From Candidatus Aenigmatarchaeota archaeon (GTDB lineage Archaea > Aenigmatarchaeota > Aenigmatarchaeia > CG10238-14), in NCBI GenBank assembly GCA_044343545.1, contig JAWBZR010000001.1, positions 23,992 to 87,991 of the forward strand: 64,000 bases of DNA, in the 5' to 3' direction. The notes under the pieces were generated by a model. The model had not been told where the DNA came from. It worked only from the letters and a program-made list of their open reading frames with translations, and ran no database searches. Shown here in pieces: positions 1-8,507 of the stretch. How positions within the stretch are numbered: position 1 is the stretch's first letter; each line of letters opens with the position of its first letter. The translations under genes and the position numbers were made by a program.

Positions 1-336
1 GAAAATAACTGCATATCAAGATTAATCGGAAGGGAAGGTAGAAATATAAGCGAGATAGAGAGAAAACTTGGAATAAAGATAGATGTTGAGCCAAAGATTT
101 TGAGTATTGGAAGGGAGGTTGAATATAAAATAATAGAATCCGGAAATTCTATTATTTTCGTTTTCGAAAAATCGTTAAGGGGGAAACAAGTTTCTATTTA
201 TGTTGAAAATGACTTCCTAGTTTCTGCTACGGTGGGAAAGAGGAACGAAATAAAAATAACCAAATCTTCAGAGATAGGGAAAGAATTGATAAAGGGTCTT
301 GCGAACAAGAAGCCTATAAAAGTTTTGGTCGGTTAA
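1..336 (+). CDS. KH-domain protein, C-terminal part (5' end outside window)
   Basis: Frame 1 is open from base 1. The translation ENNCISRLIGREGRNISEIERKLGIKIDVEP carries the GXXG-type KH motif (IGREGRNI). It continues into the 78-aa ORF ending at 336. Confidence 0.5.
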   Translation, partial: ENNCISRLIGREGRNISEIERKLGIKIDVEPKILSIGREVEYKIIESGNSIIFVFEKSLRGKQVSIYVENDFLVSATVGKRNEIKITKSSEIGKELIKGLANKKPIKVLVG

Positions 337-428
337 AAGAGCGGCTCAAAAACTACCTCGCCTTTCATCAAATCAAACCGGGATGGTGATATCATTGCCG
401 CCCAAATAATGATTTATGATGAGGGTAT

Positions 429-617
429 TTATTTTTTGCTCTCCATCAACTTCGTCACATAACCAGCAATTTTATTTCTCAAAGTTTTAGAGGTTATTTT
501 CACCAGCTCGTCCAATACTTTTTTGTTAGTTTCAAAGTCGTCAGAGAATTTATGAGGAAACATTTTTACCAGTTTTTCAGAAAAATTTTTTATTTGCGCT
601 GTTTTTATATTTCCCAT
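429..617 (-). CDS. rps17e: 30S ribosomal protein S17e
   Basis: MGNIKTAQIKNFSEKLVKMFPHKFSDDFETNKKVLDELVKITSKTLRNKIAGYVTKLM matches the S17e N-terminal consensus (MGxIRt..vKr.a..l.e.yp.kFt.DFe.NKk.v.e). The start is placed at the internal MGNIK rather than the upstream MEGEG. Confidence 0.85.
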   Translation of the reverse strand: MGNIKTAQIKNFSEKLVKMFPHKFSDDFETNKKVLDELVKITSKTLRNKIAGYVTKLMESKK

Positions 618-680
618 TCCTTCACCTTCCAAAATAAATAACCTTCTTATTTTAAGAATTTAAAGGTTTTATGATTAATT

Positions 681-1922
681 ATGGTTACTTATTCTGAAAT
701 AATTGAGTATTACTCAAAAAAGGAAGTTCAAAAAGCCATGGTTGAGTTCGCGAAAAATAGAGAAGTTGTGGGTGTTTATTCTAGTGGAAGTTTTGATAAA
801 AGGCCGAACATAATTTCATTTGAAGAAGATATACTTCAGCTCGTTAAAAAAGGTATAGTGGCTTTTCATTGCTCGGTAGAAAGATGGAGCAACGCGATGA
901 AGCTTGACGTGAACATGACAGTAAAAGAAATGGAAGATCTAAGGATAGGTTGGGATTTGGTTATAGATCCTGACTGTCCATTCGAGCTTTCTAAGATCGC
1001 AACTAGAAAAATTGTCGAAATGCTAGAAGAGTATAAAATAAGATGCTATTCGGTTAAATTCACGGGCGGAAAAAGTTTTCATATATTTTTGCCCTTTGAA
1101 GCTTTCCCTAAAAAATTAAACAACAAACCTCTAAATGCACTTTATCCTGAAGTACCAAAAATCTTGTTAGAATATATTAAAAGTTATATAAAGGATGAGT
1201 TAAGGGATGAGATCTTAGGGACTTATAGTTTGAAAGATGTTGGAAAAATAGTTGGAAAACCACAAGAAGAATTGTTGAATGGAGACGAGTTTGATCCTTT
1301 CAAGGCAGTAAGTTTGGATACTGCTATAGCCTCGCCACGTCACCTGTTTAGAATGCCATATTCGCTTCATGAAAAAAACTTACTGGTTAGCTTGCCGGTT
1401 GAAGACGTGGAAAATTTTGAAAGAGAAGATGCAAGTATAGAAAATTTTAAATATAAAGGAAGTTTTATGAAAGAGGTTAAGGCTTTTGAAGCAGCTGGGT
1501 TGCTTATAGATGCTATGGATTTTGCAAAAAAAATTGAGCCTGAAATAAGAAAAGAAAAAATAAACGTGACAAAAAAGGGAAAATATTTTGGTAAGGAAAG
1601 TTTTCCGCCATGCATTAAAAAATTATTAATGGGAGGGTTAAGCGACGGAAGAAAAAGAGGCCTTTTCATTTTAATAACATTTTTAAGGAATGCTGGGTGG
1701 AATTGGGAGCAAATAGAAAATGAAATAAACGAGTGGAACTCGAAAAACAAACCACTTTCTGCAAGATATATAAACACTCAGATAAGGTGGTTCAAGCAGC
1801 AAAAAAAAGAATTATTACCTCCTAATTGCAATCATCCATTTTATAAGGAGCTTGGGTTGTGTGAAGGGTGTGAAGACATAAAAAATCCATTGAATTATCT
1901 TTCCAAGCGAAGAAAGTCTTAG
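681..1922 (+). CDS. priS: DNA primase catalytic subunit PriS-like with a Cys-containing C-terminal extension (possible fused PriS-PriL-CTD-like primase)
   Basis: AEP primase motifs are present: WDLVIDPD (DxD metal site) and FTGGKSFHIF (SGxRGxH-like). The C-terminal about 120 aa (FPPCIKKLL...GRKRGLFILITFL...CNHPFYKELGLCEGCED) is helical and Cys-rich. The gene lies next to a GINS-like gene, as in many archaea. Confidence 0.7.
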   Translation: MVTYSEIIEYYSKKEVQKAMVEFAKNREVVGVYSSGSFDKRPNIISFEEDILQLVKKGIVAFHCSVERWSNAMKLDVNMTVKEMEDLRIGWDLVIDPDCPFELSKIATRKIVEMLEEYKIRCYSVKFTGGKSFHIFLPFEAFPKKLNNKPLNALYPEVPKILLEYIKSYIKDELRDEILGTYSLKDVGKIVGKPQEELLNGDEFDPFKAVSLDTAIASPRHLFRMPYSLHEKNLLVSLPVEDVENFEREDASIENFKYKGSFMKEVKAFEAAGLLIDAMDFAKKIEPEIRKEKINVTKKGKYFGKESFPPCIKKLLMGGLSDGRKRGLFILITFLRNAGWNWEQIENEINEWNSKNKPLSARYINTQIRWFKQQKKELLPPNCNHPFYKELGLCEGCEDIKNPLNYLSKRRKS

Positions 1923-1962
1923 CTAAGCGTCTATTTTAATTTTAAACCATAAATTCTAAATT

Positions 1963-2493
1963 ATGGAAGAGGCTATTACATTCGAATATATAAGAGAGGT
2001 TCAGAGAAGTGAGCAAAGAAGTCAACAGTTGAGCAAGTTACCAGATGATTTTTTTGAAAAGGTAAAGGAATATATTTCTAGAAAAAGAGAACTTGCAAAA
2101 AAGAACGATGATGCTCTTTTGGAGATAAAAAACATTGAAAGAATAATAGAAGATATTTACAATAGAAGGGAAAATAAAATAGTTTCTCTTGCCATACTTT
2201 CAGTTAGAACAGGCCTTATACCTGCAAATATGCTACCTCATGAAGAGGAGTTGTTTGAGCAGCTAACAAAATCGTTGAGAAAAAGTAGGGTATTCTTGGA
2301 TAATTTGCTGGAGAAACCTTTAAGAAAGCAAACTGATTATATAAAATTAGAATTTTTAGAAGAAATAGAAGAGTTCGTAGGCATAGATTTAAAAAAATTC
2401 GGTCCATACAATAAAGGAGATAAAGCATTGATACCAAAAGAAAATGCAGAATTGTTTATAAAAGCAGGAAAAGCTAAAAGGGTGGATGAATGA
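1963..2493 (+). CDS. GINS complex subunit (Gins51/Gins15-like)
   Basis: N-terminal helical domain with [25 protein letters not shown], typical of Sld5/Psf1-like GINS. It sits immediately downstream of priS, a conserved archaeal neighbourhood. Confidence 0.5.
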   Translation: MEEAITFEYIREVQRSEQRSQQLSKLPDDFFEKVKEYISRKRELAKKNDDALLEIKNIERIIEDIYNRRENKIVSLAILSVRTGLIPANMLPHEEELFEQLTKSLRKSRVFLDNLLEKPLRKQTDYIKLEFLEEIEEFVGIDLKKFGPYNKGDKALIPKENAELFIKAGKAKRVDE

Positions 2494-2771
2494 ACTATCC
2501 TCAACAAATGAAGACATTTTGTAAATTTTGTAAGAAACATACCTTGCATACTGTGGAAATTGTGAAAAAAAAGCCAAGAAGAACATTAGCTCAAGGCCAA
2601 AGAAGATATCTAAGAAAGCTTAAAGGCTATACAAGCTTTCCGAGGCCAAAACCTGAACATGAAAAGGCTGTAAAAAAAGTTGATTTGAGATTTAAATGTA
2701 GTGTTTGTGGGAAAAAGCATACAAGAGGTGAAGGTTTCAGGTCTAAAAAATTCCAACTGAAAAAGGTGTGA
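2490..2771 (+). CDS. rpl44e: 50S ribosomal protein L44e
   Basis: C4 zinc ribbon (CKFCKKH ... CSVCGKKH), basic, about 93 aa. Similar to L44e ([15 protein letters not shown] ... [15 protein letters not shown]). Confidence 0.85.
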   Translation: MNYPQQMKTFCKFCKKHTLHTVEIVKKKPRRTLAQGQRRYLRKLKGYTSFPRPKPEHEKAVKKVDLRFKCSVCGKKHTRGEGFRSKKFQLKKV

Positions 2772-2775
2772 GATT

Positions 2776-2961
2776 ATGGAAATTATACCTATGCCAAAAA
2801 GTAGATTTTTAAAAGTTCAATGTGAAAAATGCAAAAACGAACAAATAATATTCAATAAACCAGCAACTGTCGTGAAATGTTTGGTTTGCGAAAACGTTTT
2901 GGCAGAACCTACGGGCGGAATAGGTAAGATAAAAGCAAAGATTTTAAAGATAATTTCATAA
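2776..2961 (+). CDS. rps27e: 30S ribosomal protein S27e
   Basis: [49 protein letters not shown] matches the S27e C4 zinc-finger consensus. Confidence 0.9.
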   Translation: MEIIPMPKSRFLKVQCEKCKNEQIIFNKPATVVKCLVCENVLAEPTGGIGKIKAKILKIIS

Positions 2962-2970
2962 GCTGATTTT

Positions 2971-4464
2971 ATGGCAAACTTGGAAACTATACAGAGACTT
3001 TGCGTAACGAGAGGTATAATATTTCCCACTGCAGAAATATATGGAGGTTTAAGTGGCTGCTTCGATTATGGCCCGATTGGTGTAGCAATAAAAAGAAATT
3101 TCTTGAATTATTGGAGGGAATGGTTTATAAAAAGTGAAGAAAACATCGCAGAGATGGATGGGGCAGTGATATTACCAGAAAAGGTATTGATAGCATCCGG
3201 CCATGTAAGCTCGTTTGTAGATCCGATCACACAATGTAAAAAATGCAAAAGCATATATAGAGCAGACAATTTAATTGAAGAAAAAACTGGAAAATTTGTT
3301 GAGGGTAAATCAGTGGAAGAGTTGACAAAAATAATAAAGGAAGAAAATATTGTTTGTCCGAGCTGCAAAGGAGAATTGAGTGATGTAAAATTTTTCAATC
3401 TCATGTTCAAGACTTTTGTCGGACCTGCTGGCGATATTCCTGCCTATTTAAGGCCTGAAACTGCTCAAAACATATTCATTAATTTCAAACGTATTTTTCG
3501 TTTAATGAGAGGTAAGTTGCCTCTTGGCATAGCTCAACACGGTCATGCCTTTAGAAATGAAATATCAGCAAGACAGTTTATTATACGTTCAAGAGAGTTC
3601 AATCAGATTGAAATAGAAATGTTTTTTGACCCAGAAAACGAGGGTTGCGAAAATTTTGAAAAGGTGAAAAATGTCGAAATAATCCTCTTAACACGAGAGG
3701 CTCAAATAAAAGGGGGCAATGCGATAAAAATTAAGGTGGGTGATGCGGTAGAAAAAAAGATTTTACCAAACAAGTGGATGGGTTATTTCTTGGCTAAGGA
3801 ATTTGAATTTTTCAAATCTCTAGGCATAAAAGAAGAAAATATGCGGTTTAGGCACATGCTACCTGAAGAAACGCCACACTATTCTGGAGGTAATTTTGAC
3901 TTGGAAGTAAAGTTTGACTTTGGTTGGAAGGAAATTGTTGGAAATGCTTACAGAACAGATCATGACCTCAAAAATCATTCCAAATTCTCAAAGGAAGATC
4001 TTAGTGTCTCGATTAACGGCAAAAAGATTATTCCTCACGTTGTCGAACCATCCTTTGGATTGGAAAGGATTTTGTATGCGATTTTGCTTGAAAGTTTTGT
4101 AGAAGACAAAGAAAGAGGGTGGAATTGGCTCAAATTACCGAAAATGTTGGCACCTTTCATTGCTTGTGTTTATCCACTTGTTAGCAAGGATAACTTACCT
4201 GAAAAGGCAAGAGAAGTTTATGAGATGTTAAAGAAAGATTTTGATGTATTTTTTGATGAGAGTGGTTCTATTGGAAAAAGATATGCAAGAGCGGATGAAA
4301 TAGGTGTACCATTCTGCATAACTATAGATTACCAAACATTAAAAGATGGCACAGTCACCGTAAGAGATAGGGACACGACAAAACAAATAAGAATAAAGAT
4401 TGACGAATTACCAGAGTTTTTAAATTCAATAAAGAAAAAACAAAATAAAAACCAAAATTTTTAA
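2971..4464 (+). CDS. glyS: Glycyl-tRNA synthetase, archaeal/eukaryal class II type
   Basis: 497 aa. N-terminus RGIIFPTAEIYGGLSGCFDYGPIGVAIKRNFLNYWRE plus class II motifs (FRNEISARQFIIRSREFNQIEIE, GLERIL). Confidence 0.9.
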   Translation: MANLETIQRLCVTRGIIFPTAEIYGGLSGCFDYGPIGVAIKRNFLNYWREWFIKSEENIAEMDGAVILPEKVLIASGHVSSFVDPITQCKKCKSIYRADNLIEEKTGKFVEGKSVEELTKIIKEENIVCPSCKGELSDVKFFNLMFKTFVGPAGDIPAYLRPETAQNIFINFKRIFRLMRGKLPLGIAQHGHAFRNEISARQFIIRSREFNQIEIEMFFDPENEGCENFEKVKNVEIILLTREAQIKGGNAIKIKVGDAVEKKILPNKWMGYFLAKEFEFFKSLGIKEENMRFRHMLPEETPHYSGGNFDLEVKFDFGWKEIVGNAYRTDHDLKNHSKFSKEDLSVSINGKKIIPHVVEPSFGLERILYAILLESFVEDKERGWNWLKLPKMLAPFIACVYPLVSKDNLPEKAREVYEMLKKDFDVFFDESGSIGKRYARADEIGVPFCITIDYQTLKDGTVTVRDRDTTKQIRIKIDELPEFLNSIKKKQNKNQNF

Positions 4465-4470
4465 ATGATT

Positions 4471-4665
4471 TTATTTTTTTCTCAAGAAAGGCAAGCCGGT
4501 TTTTGGATTTTCAACAACCTTGTAGCCTGATGGCAAGTCAATTGCTCCTTTTGCATCTTTGCTAAAATAGTAAATTGTTTGCATCTTTCCTGTACTTTTT
4601 AGCTTTACCGTCTTTGAATGCAAATAGTATTTTTGGCCTTTCTTGTTTTTATACTCAAATGCCAC
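4471..4665 (-). CDS. Small basic hypothetical protein (64 aa)
   Basis: ORF MAFEYKNKKGQKYYLHSKTVKLKSTGK... is Lys/Tyr-rich with no recognised domain. It lies downstream of two small TM-peptide genes on the same strand. Confidence 0.4.
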   Translation of the reverse strand: MAFEYKNKKGQKYYLHSKTVKLKSTGKMQTIYYFSKDAKGAIDLPSGYKVVENPKTGLPFLRKK

Positions 4666-4732
4666 TCATTATCACCCCTAAGCATATATTTGATATCGAA
4701 TATATAAAAATATTTTAGAAAATTCAGGTTTT

Positions 4733-4900
4733 TCAAATAAAAAACAGCAAAAAACCCAGGGCCATAAGAAGTAAACCAAAAATTACTATGGCATTGCTTA
4801 TTGCCAGCGGTTGATGTCCTATTGTAGTAGTTAAAAATAAAATAGTGGCTATGCCTACTATTATAAAGCCGACACCAAACAATTTTGTTAGAAACGGCAT
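4733..4900 (-). CDS. Small membrane peptide (55 aa, 2 predicted TM helices)
   Basis: Hand translation of the minus strand gives MPFLTKLFGVGFIIVGIATILFLTTTIGHQPLAISNAIVIFGLLLMALGFLLFFI. It is below the 60-aa cutoff of the ORF track. Its start abuts the stop of the upstream small ORF. Confidence 0.4.
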   Translation of the reverse strand: MPFLTKLFGVGFIIVGIATILFLTTTIGHQPLAISNAIVIFGLLLMALGFLLFFI

Positions 4901-5059
4901 TTAAAACACTTTCATCGCTATTACTCCTAATACAATTAGGATTGGACCAAATATAAGCTTAATTGTCATCTTGCCATAATCACTTTCAAAATACAATGAA
5001 AACGTTATCAAAGCGCCATAAAAAAATGCCAACGCCCCTATGATTTTAATAATGAGCAT
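4901..5059 (-). CDS. Small membrane peptide (52 aa, 2 predicted TM helices)
   Basis: Hand translation of the minus strand gives MLIIKIIGALAFFYGALITFSLYFESDYGKMTIKLIFGPILIVLGVIAMKVF. Its stop is directly adjacent to the start of the next small ORF at 4900. Confidence 0.4.
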   Translation of the reverse strand: MLIIKIIGALAFFYGALITFSLYFESDYGKMTIKLIFGPILIVLGVIAMKVF

Positions 5060-5105
5060 AAATAAAATAATATTTAATGCAAAACAATAAAAGGTTGATG
5101 ATTCT

Positions 5106-5645
5106 ATGCCAATGTTTGCAAGGACAAAAATGATTCTTCAGGATGATTGCTGGGATATAGCAGCTCAACCTGTACTAACTTTAGAGTATTCTGGTCCAAA
5201 TCCTCATTTAGCATATCAAAAAATAAGAGAATTATTCAGAACTGTTTTAAATGTCAAAGAGAGTGAGCGTGTGCAGGAAAGAGAATTTACATGGAATAAA
5301 AAAGGTAATAGGGAAGATTTTAGTGTTAGTTGGGATGTTGCGAAAGATTTAGATAGGTTTTCTTATATTTTTTTGAGAATTTCCATGAGTGGCTCTGCTG
5401 AAGAAAAAGAAGGTGGAAGAGAAGGAAAACTCACTGTAAGCATAGAAGGTTTTTTGAGGACAGAATATCCGCAAGATACATTATGGGAGAGAAGCATTTT
5501 TTATGAGATGATAAGGATGTTTTGGCATAAGGTTGTTTATTATGATAAAAGAAGGGAATATATGGATATATGTAGAACTTTAATGTCAAGATTCGTCAAT
5601 GAGCTCAAGTCGTTCTTCAATATATTACCAAAGGTGATTACATAA
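5106..5645 (+). CDS. Hypothetical protein, paralog 1 of a tandem pair
   Basis: 179 aa. It shares DDC...GPNP..AY.KI, EREF.W, L.I.I.G(F/Y)L and ILP motifs with the next ORF. No known domain recognised. Confidence 0.6.
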   Translation: MPMFARTKMILQDDCWDIAAQPVLTLEYSGPNPHLAYQKIRELFRTVLNVKESERVQEREFTWNKKGNREDFSVSWDVAKDLDRFSYIFLRISMSGSAEEKEGGREGKLTVSIEGFLRTEYPQDTLWERSIFYEMIRMFWHKVVYYDKRREYMDICRTLMSRFVNELKSFFNILPKVIT

Positions 5646-5646
5646 G

Positions 5647-6168
5647 ATGGCTGTAATAAAGATAGAAGATGATTGTCTAGCTCCTGATTTGCAAATAGTT
5701 TTGAGATACAAGGGACCTAACCCTTATGGAGCCTATCCCAAAATAAAAAAGTTGATGAGAGAAATATGGGAAGTTGAGTCAATATCTTTTTGGGAAAGAG
5801 AGTTTAGGTGGGATGCCACTGATGGTGGTTTTTTAATCAAATGTTATATAGAAAGAGGCATTGATAAATATACAAGAGTTTTAATAGAAGTTTTTCTTCA
5901 AGGCTCTCAACCCTCTGATCCAAATGGAGAAGGTAACTTGGAAATAAGAATTGGAGGATATTTGACAAGCACTTTTGGCGGTTCTAGTATTATAGATGAT
6001 GCGAAAAATCCTCTATTTAGATTGATGTTTTGGATATATTATAGATATTTTTACAAAAATCAGAGAAGCAAGTATTTAAACGATTGGTGCATAAATAGAA
6101 TTCAAAAATTAAAAACTTCCATACAAAAGATATTAAACATTTTGCCTCCTCAATCGACTATGCAATAA
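5647..6168 (+). CDS. Hypothetical protein, paralog 2 of a tandem pair
   Basis: 173 aa. It starts 2 nt after the stop of paralog 1 and is about 30% identical to it by eye. Confidence 0.6.
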   Translation: MAVIKIEDDCLAPDLQIVLRYKGPNPYGAYPKIKKLMREIWEVESISFWEREFRWDATDGGFLIKCYIERGIDKYTRVLIEVFLQGSQPSDPNGEGNLEIRIGGYLTSTFGGSSIIDDAKNPLFRLMFWIYYRYFYKNQRSKYLNDWCINRIQKLKTSIQKILNILPPQSTMQ

Positions 6169-6199
6169 ATTTAAAGTAATAAAAATCCAAATTAAATTC

Positions 6200-6460
6200 A
6201 TGGGAATATTTGATAGATTTAGAAAAAAAGATGCCGAACTTGACCCTACATTGCCGACAATGCCTATTAACCAGCTACCAAAAACTCAAGAATCTGTGGA
6301 TGTCAAACCTTTAGACGTGAAAGAAGACTCGACAAAAATAAAAATGGATCTCATATTATCTGAATTAAGCAACTTAAAAATGCAATTAGAAATGATTAAT
6401 GAGAGACTAAAAATAATAGAAAAGAAAATAGAAGAAAAAGGAACAATAAAATATGTATAG
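6200..6460 (+). CDS. Hypothetical coiled-coil protein
   Basis: 86 aa. The C-terminal heptad-like segment LSELSNLKMQLEMINERLKIIEKKIEEK suggests a coiled coil. Confidence 0.4.
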   Translation: MGIFDRFRKKDAELDPTLPTMPINQLPKTQESVDVKPLDVKEDSTKIKMDLILSELSNLKMQLEMINERLKIIEKKIEEKGTIKYV

Positions 6461-6830
6461 AATAATTATAATTGCCTTAATTTTTTGTTTGTTAATTTAT
6501 TATTTCAAGCAACAAAAAATTGAAATAACATATTTTTATTCCGAAGGTTGTGAATTGGTAAAAGAAACTAATCTAATAGTTGATAAAATTGAGCATGAAT
6601 TTAAAGATAGAGTGATTGTTAAAAAAATAAATGCTTTCAGCCCGAAAGATGATGAGGAAAGAAAAATTGTGGAAAAATTTAACGTGAAAGGTGTACCTAC
6701 TATTCTCATCAACGGAAGGGAGTATCACGATCCATTTAATTATACTGAGATGGAGAAAAATATTTGCAAGCAATTTTTGATAAAACCAAAAACTTGCCAA
6801 AAAATTTATTTGACAAATAATAAAATATGA
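6453..6830 (+). CDS. Membrane-anchored thioredoxin-fold protein (single Cys)
   Basis: N-terminal TM helix IIIIALIFCLLIYY. A glutaredoxin/thioredoxin-like segment FYSEGCELVKE ... GVPTILINGRE is present. The CxxC is degenerate, with only one Cys. Confidence 0.5.
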   Translation: MYRIIIIALIFCLLIYYFKQQKIEITYFYSEGCELVKETNLIVDKIEHEFKDRVIVKKINAFSPKDDEERKIVEKFNVKGVPTILINGREYHDPFNYTEMEKNICKQFLIKPKTCQKIYLTNNKI

Positions 6831-6833
6831 TTT

Positions 6834-8081
6834 ATGAAGAAATGCTTGCTAATCTTGATTGCCTTTTTTTTTATACCAATATGTTTATCTCAAAATTTTG
6901 ATGCATGGGCGGAGAGAGGCGGACCATTCACAATTGGTAAGCCGGAAAAAATTTTAATTTATGTAAAAAACAATGGTTTATCTTCGGATAGTTACTTTGT
7001 TGAAACAATAGAAATAAAGGCTTTTTATAATACTCATGATGTTTCAAACTTGTTAGTTGTAGATATGCCTTCAAATAGTATAAAAGATGTTGCTCCAAAC
7101 GAAACAAAATTAACTCAAGGTAGAATGATAATTCTTGGACCTGTCACAAGTGGTCGTATAAAACTTCGCATAGTAAATTCTGCATCTCAATACAAAGAAG
7201 TTGAATTGAGAGATATAAGGGCAGCTTATCCGCAGAGTTTACCTGAATTTAATTCTATGTATACATTCTTTATTTTAATTTCAGCATGCATAATTCTTTT
7301 AAAAAGTAGAACAAAGATGCTACTAGCTTTACTTCTTATACCTCTCGTTGAAGCAAGTTATATAAGCATTACAACCGATATTCAAGCGCCAGTTATATAT
7401 GAAAACGTAACATCACTCCAAACTACTCTCACGAACTCTGGTGACGAAGTTGCGAATGATGTGATAGTTACAATTATGTCAAAACATTTTTACTCTGACG
7501 ATATTTATTTTGGTTCATTAGCACCAAACAAACCAATAAAAAAGAGTGCTAACTTGTACTTGAGGACGGGTCTGAAAGAAGGTAGATATATTTGCATGGC
7601 TTTAACAAAATACAAAGATTTGAACGGTCATCCTTTCTCAGCTGTGAGTCCGATAGAAGTAATCTATAAAACAAGCACGATTTCCAAAATCTCATTAATA
7701 GCAAAAAATATTAAAATGGAAGAAAACGGAAAGGGTAAAATTGAAATTAAAGTTAAAAATAATGACATAAATCAATACAAAATAAACTTGACACTCTACT
7801 TGCCTGAAGAAATCAACACAAATAAAAATCAAATAGAATTATTGATGCTGCCAGGTTCTGAAAAAAATATTATATTTGAAGTTTCGAACTTTAACGCATT
7901 GAAAGGAAGTAATTATGTTTATTTTGCCGCCATAGATTATGAAGATACAAGACATTATTCTGAGTATTCGATAGGTTATATCGAGATTGTAGAGAAAAGC
8001 AAGATAAAACCTTCATATATTTTAGTGTTTTTGGTTTTATTAACTTCTCTAATTTTATTCTTTTATAGCAAAAGAAAGTAA
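6834..8081 (+). CDS. Secreted, C-terminally membrane-anchored cell-surface protein
   Basis: Signal peptide MKKCLLILIAFFFIPICLS. The body is beta-rich and Ser/Thr/Asn-rich with many N-x-S/T sequons. C-terminal TM helix (YILVFLVLLTSLILFF) plus KRK tail. It lies upstream of the glycosylation gene cluster. Confidence 0.55.
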   Translation: MKKCLLILIAFFFIPICLSQNFDAWAERGGPFTIGKPEKILIYVKNNGLSSDSYFVETIEIKAFYNTHDVSNLLVVDMPSNSIKDVAPNETKLTQGRMIILGPVTSGRIKLRIVNSASQYKEVELRDIRAAYPQSLPEFNSMYTFFILISACIILLKSRTKMLLALLLIPLVEASYISITTDIQAPVIYENVTSLQTTLTNSGDEVANDVIVTIMSKHFYSDDIYFGSLAPNKPIKKSANLYLRTGLKEGRYICMALTKYKDLNGHPFSAVSPIEVIYKTSTISKISLIAKNIKMEENGKGKIEIKVKNNDINQYKINLTLYLPEEINTNKNQIELLMLPGSEKNIIFEVSNFNALKGSNYVYFAAIDYEDTRHYSEYSIGYIEIVEKSKIKPSYILVFLVLLTSLILFFYSKRK

Positions 8082-8117
8082 TAAATTTTATTATTTAAAA
8101 ATTTATTAATCGATAAA

Positions 8118-8498
8118 ATGGTAAAGGGAAAAAGAATGACCGTGCTAATATGGATAAGCATATGCATATTACTTGCTGTCATAGGACAAATATTTATGAA
8201 ATTAGGTACGAAAGATGTAAATGGTATAACCATAAAAAAACTAGCTTCAAAAGAAATAATATCCATAATATTTAACAAGTATGTATTTTTTGGTATGGTT
8301 TCTTACGCTGCTGGATGGTTTTTGTGGCTAATTGTTTTATCTCAAACGGAGTTAAGCTTCGCCTATCCCTTTCTTTCAATAAGTTATGCTTTAATAGCAA
8401 TAATATCTTGGCAATTTTTCGGTGAAACGATGAATATTACGAAGATGGTTGGTATAATTTTAATAATGATAGGTGTTATACTGCTAAACTTGAAATGA
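8118..8498 (+). CDS. Small 4-TM transporter, ArnE/EamA-like (putative lipid-linked sugar flippase subunit)
   Basis: 126 aa with four hydrophobic helices. Size and topology match the SMR/DMT-like ArnE/ArnF subunits. Confidence 0.45.
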   Translation: MVKGKRMTVLIWISICILLAVIGQIFMKLGTKDVNGITIKKLASKEIISIIFNKYVFFGMVSYAAGWFLWLIVLSQTELSFAYPFLSISYALIAIISWQFFGETMNITKMVGIILIMIGVILLNLK

Positions 8499-8507
8499 AG
8501 ATCTTTT

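Noticed and set aside
1367-1777. Antisense ORFs inside the primase, GINS, GlyRS, CopA, GluRS, polB, hydrogenase and ACD genes. Examples: 1367-1777, 2216-2586, 3108-3410, 26327-26743, 34196-34840, 49916-50263, 55019-56641, 62831-63082.
   Set aside because: Each lies entirely within a well-supported gene on the opposite strand. Their low-complexity translations are typical shadow ORFs of AT-rich DNA.
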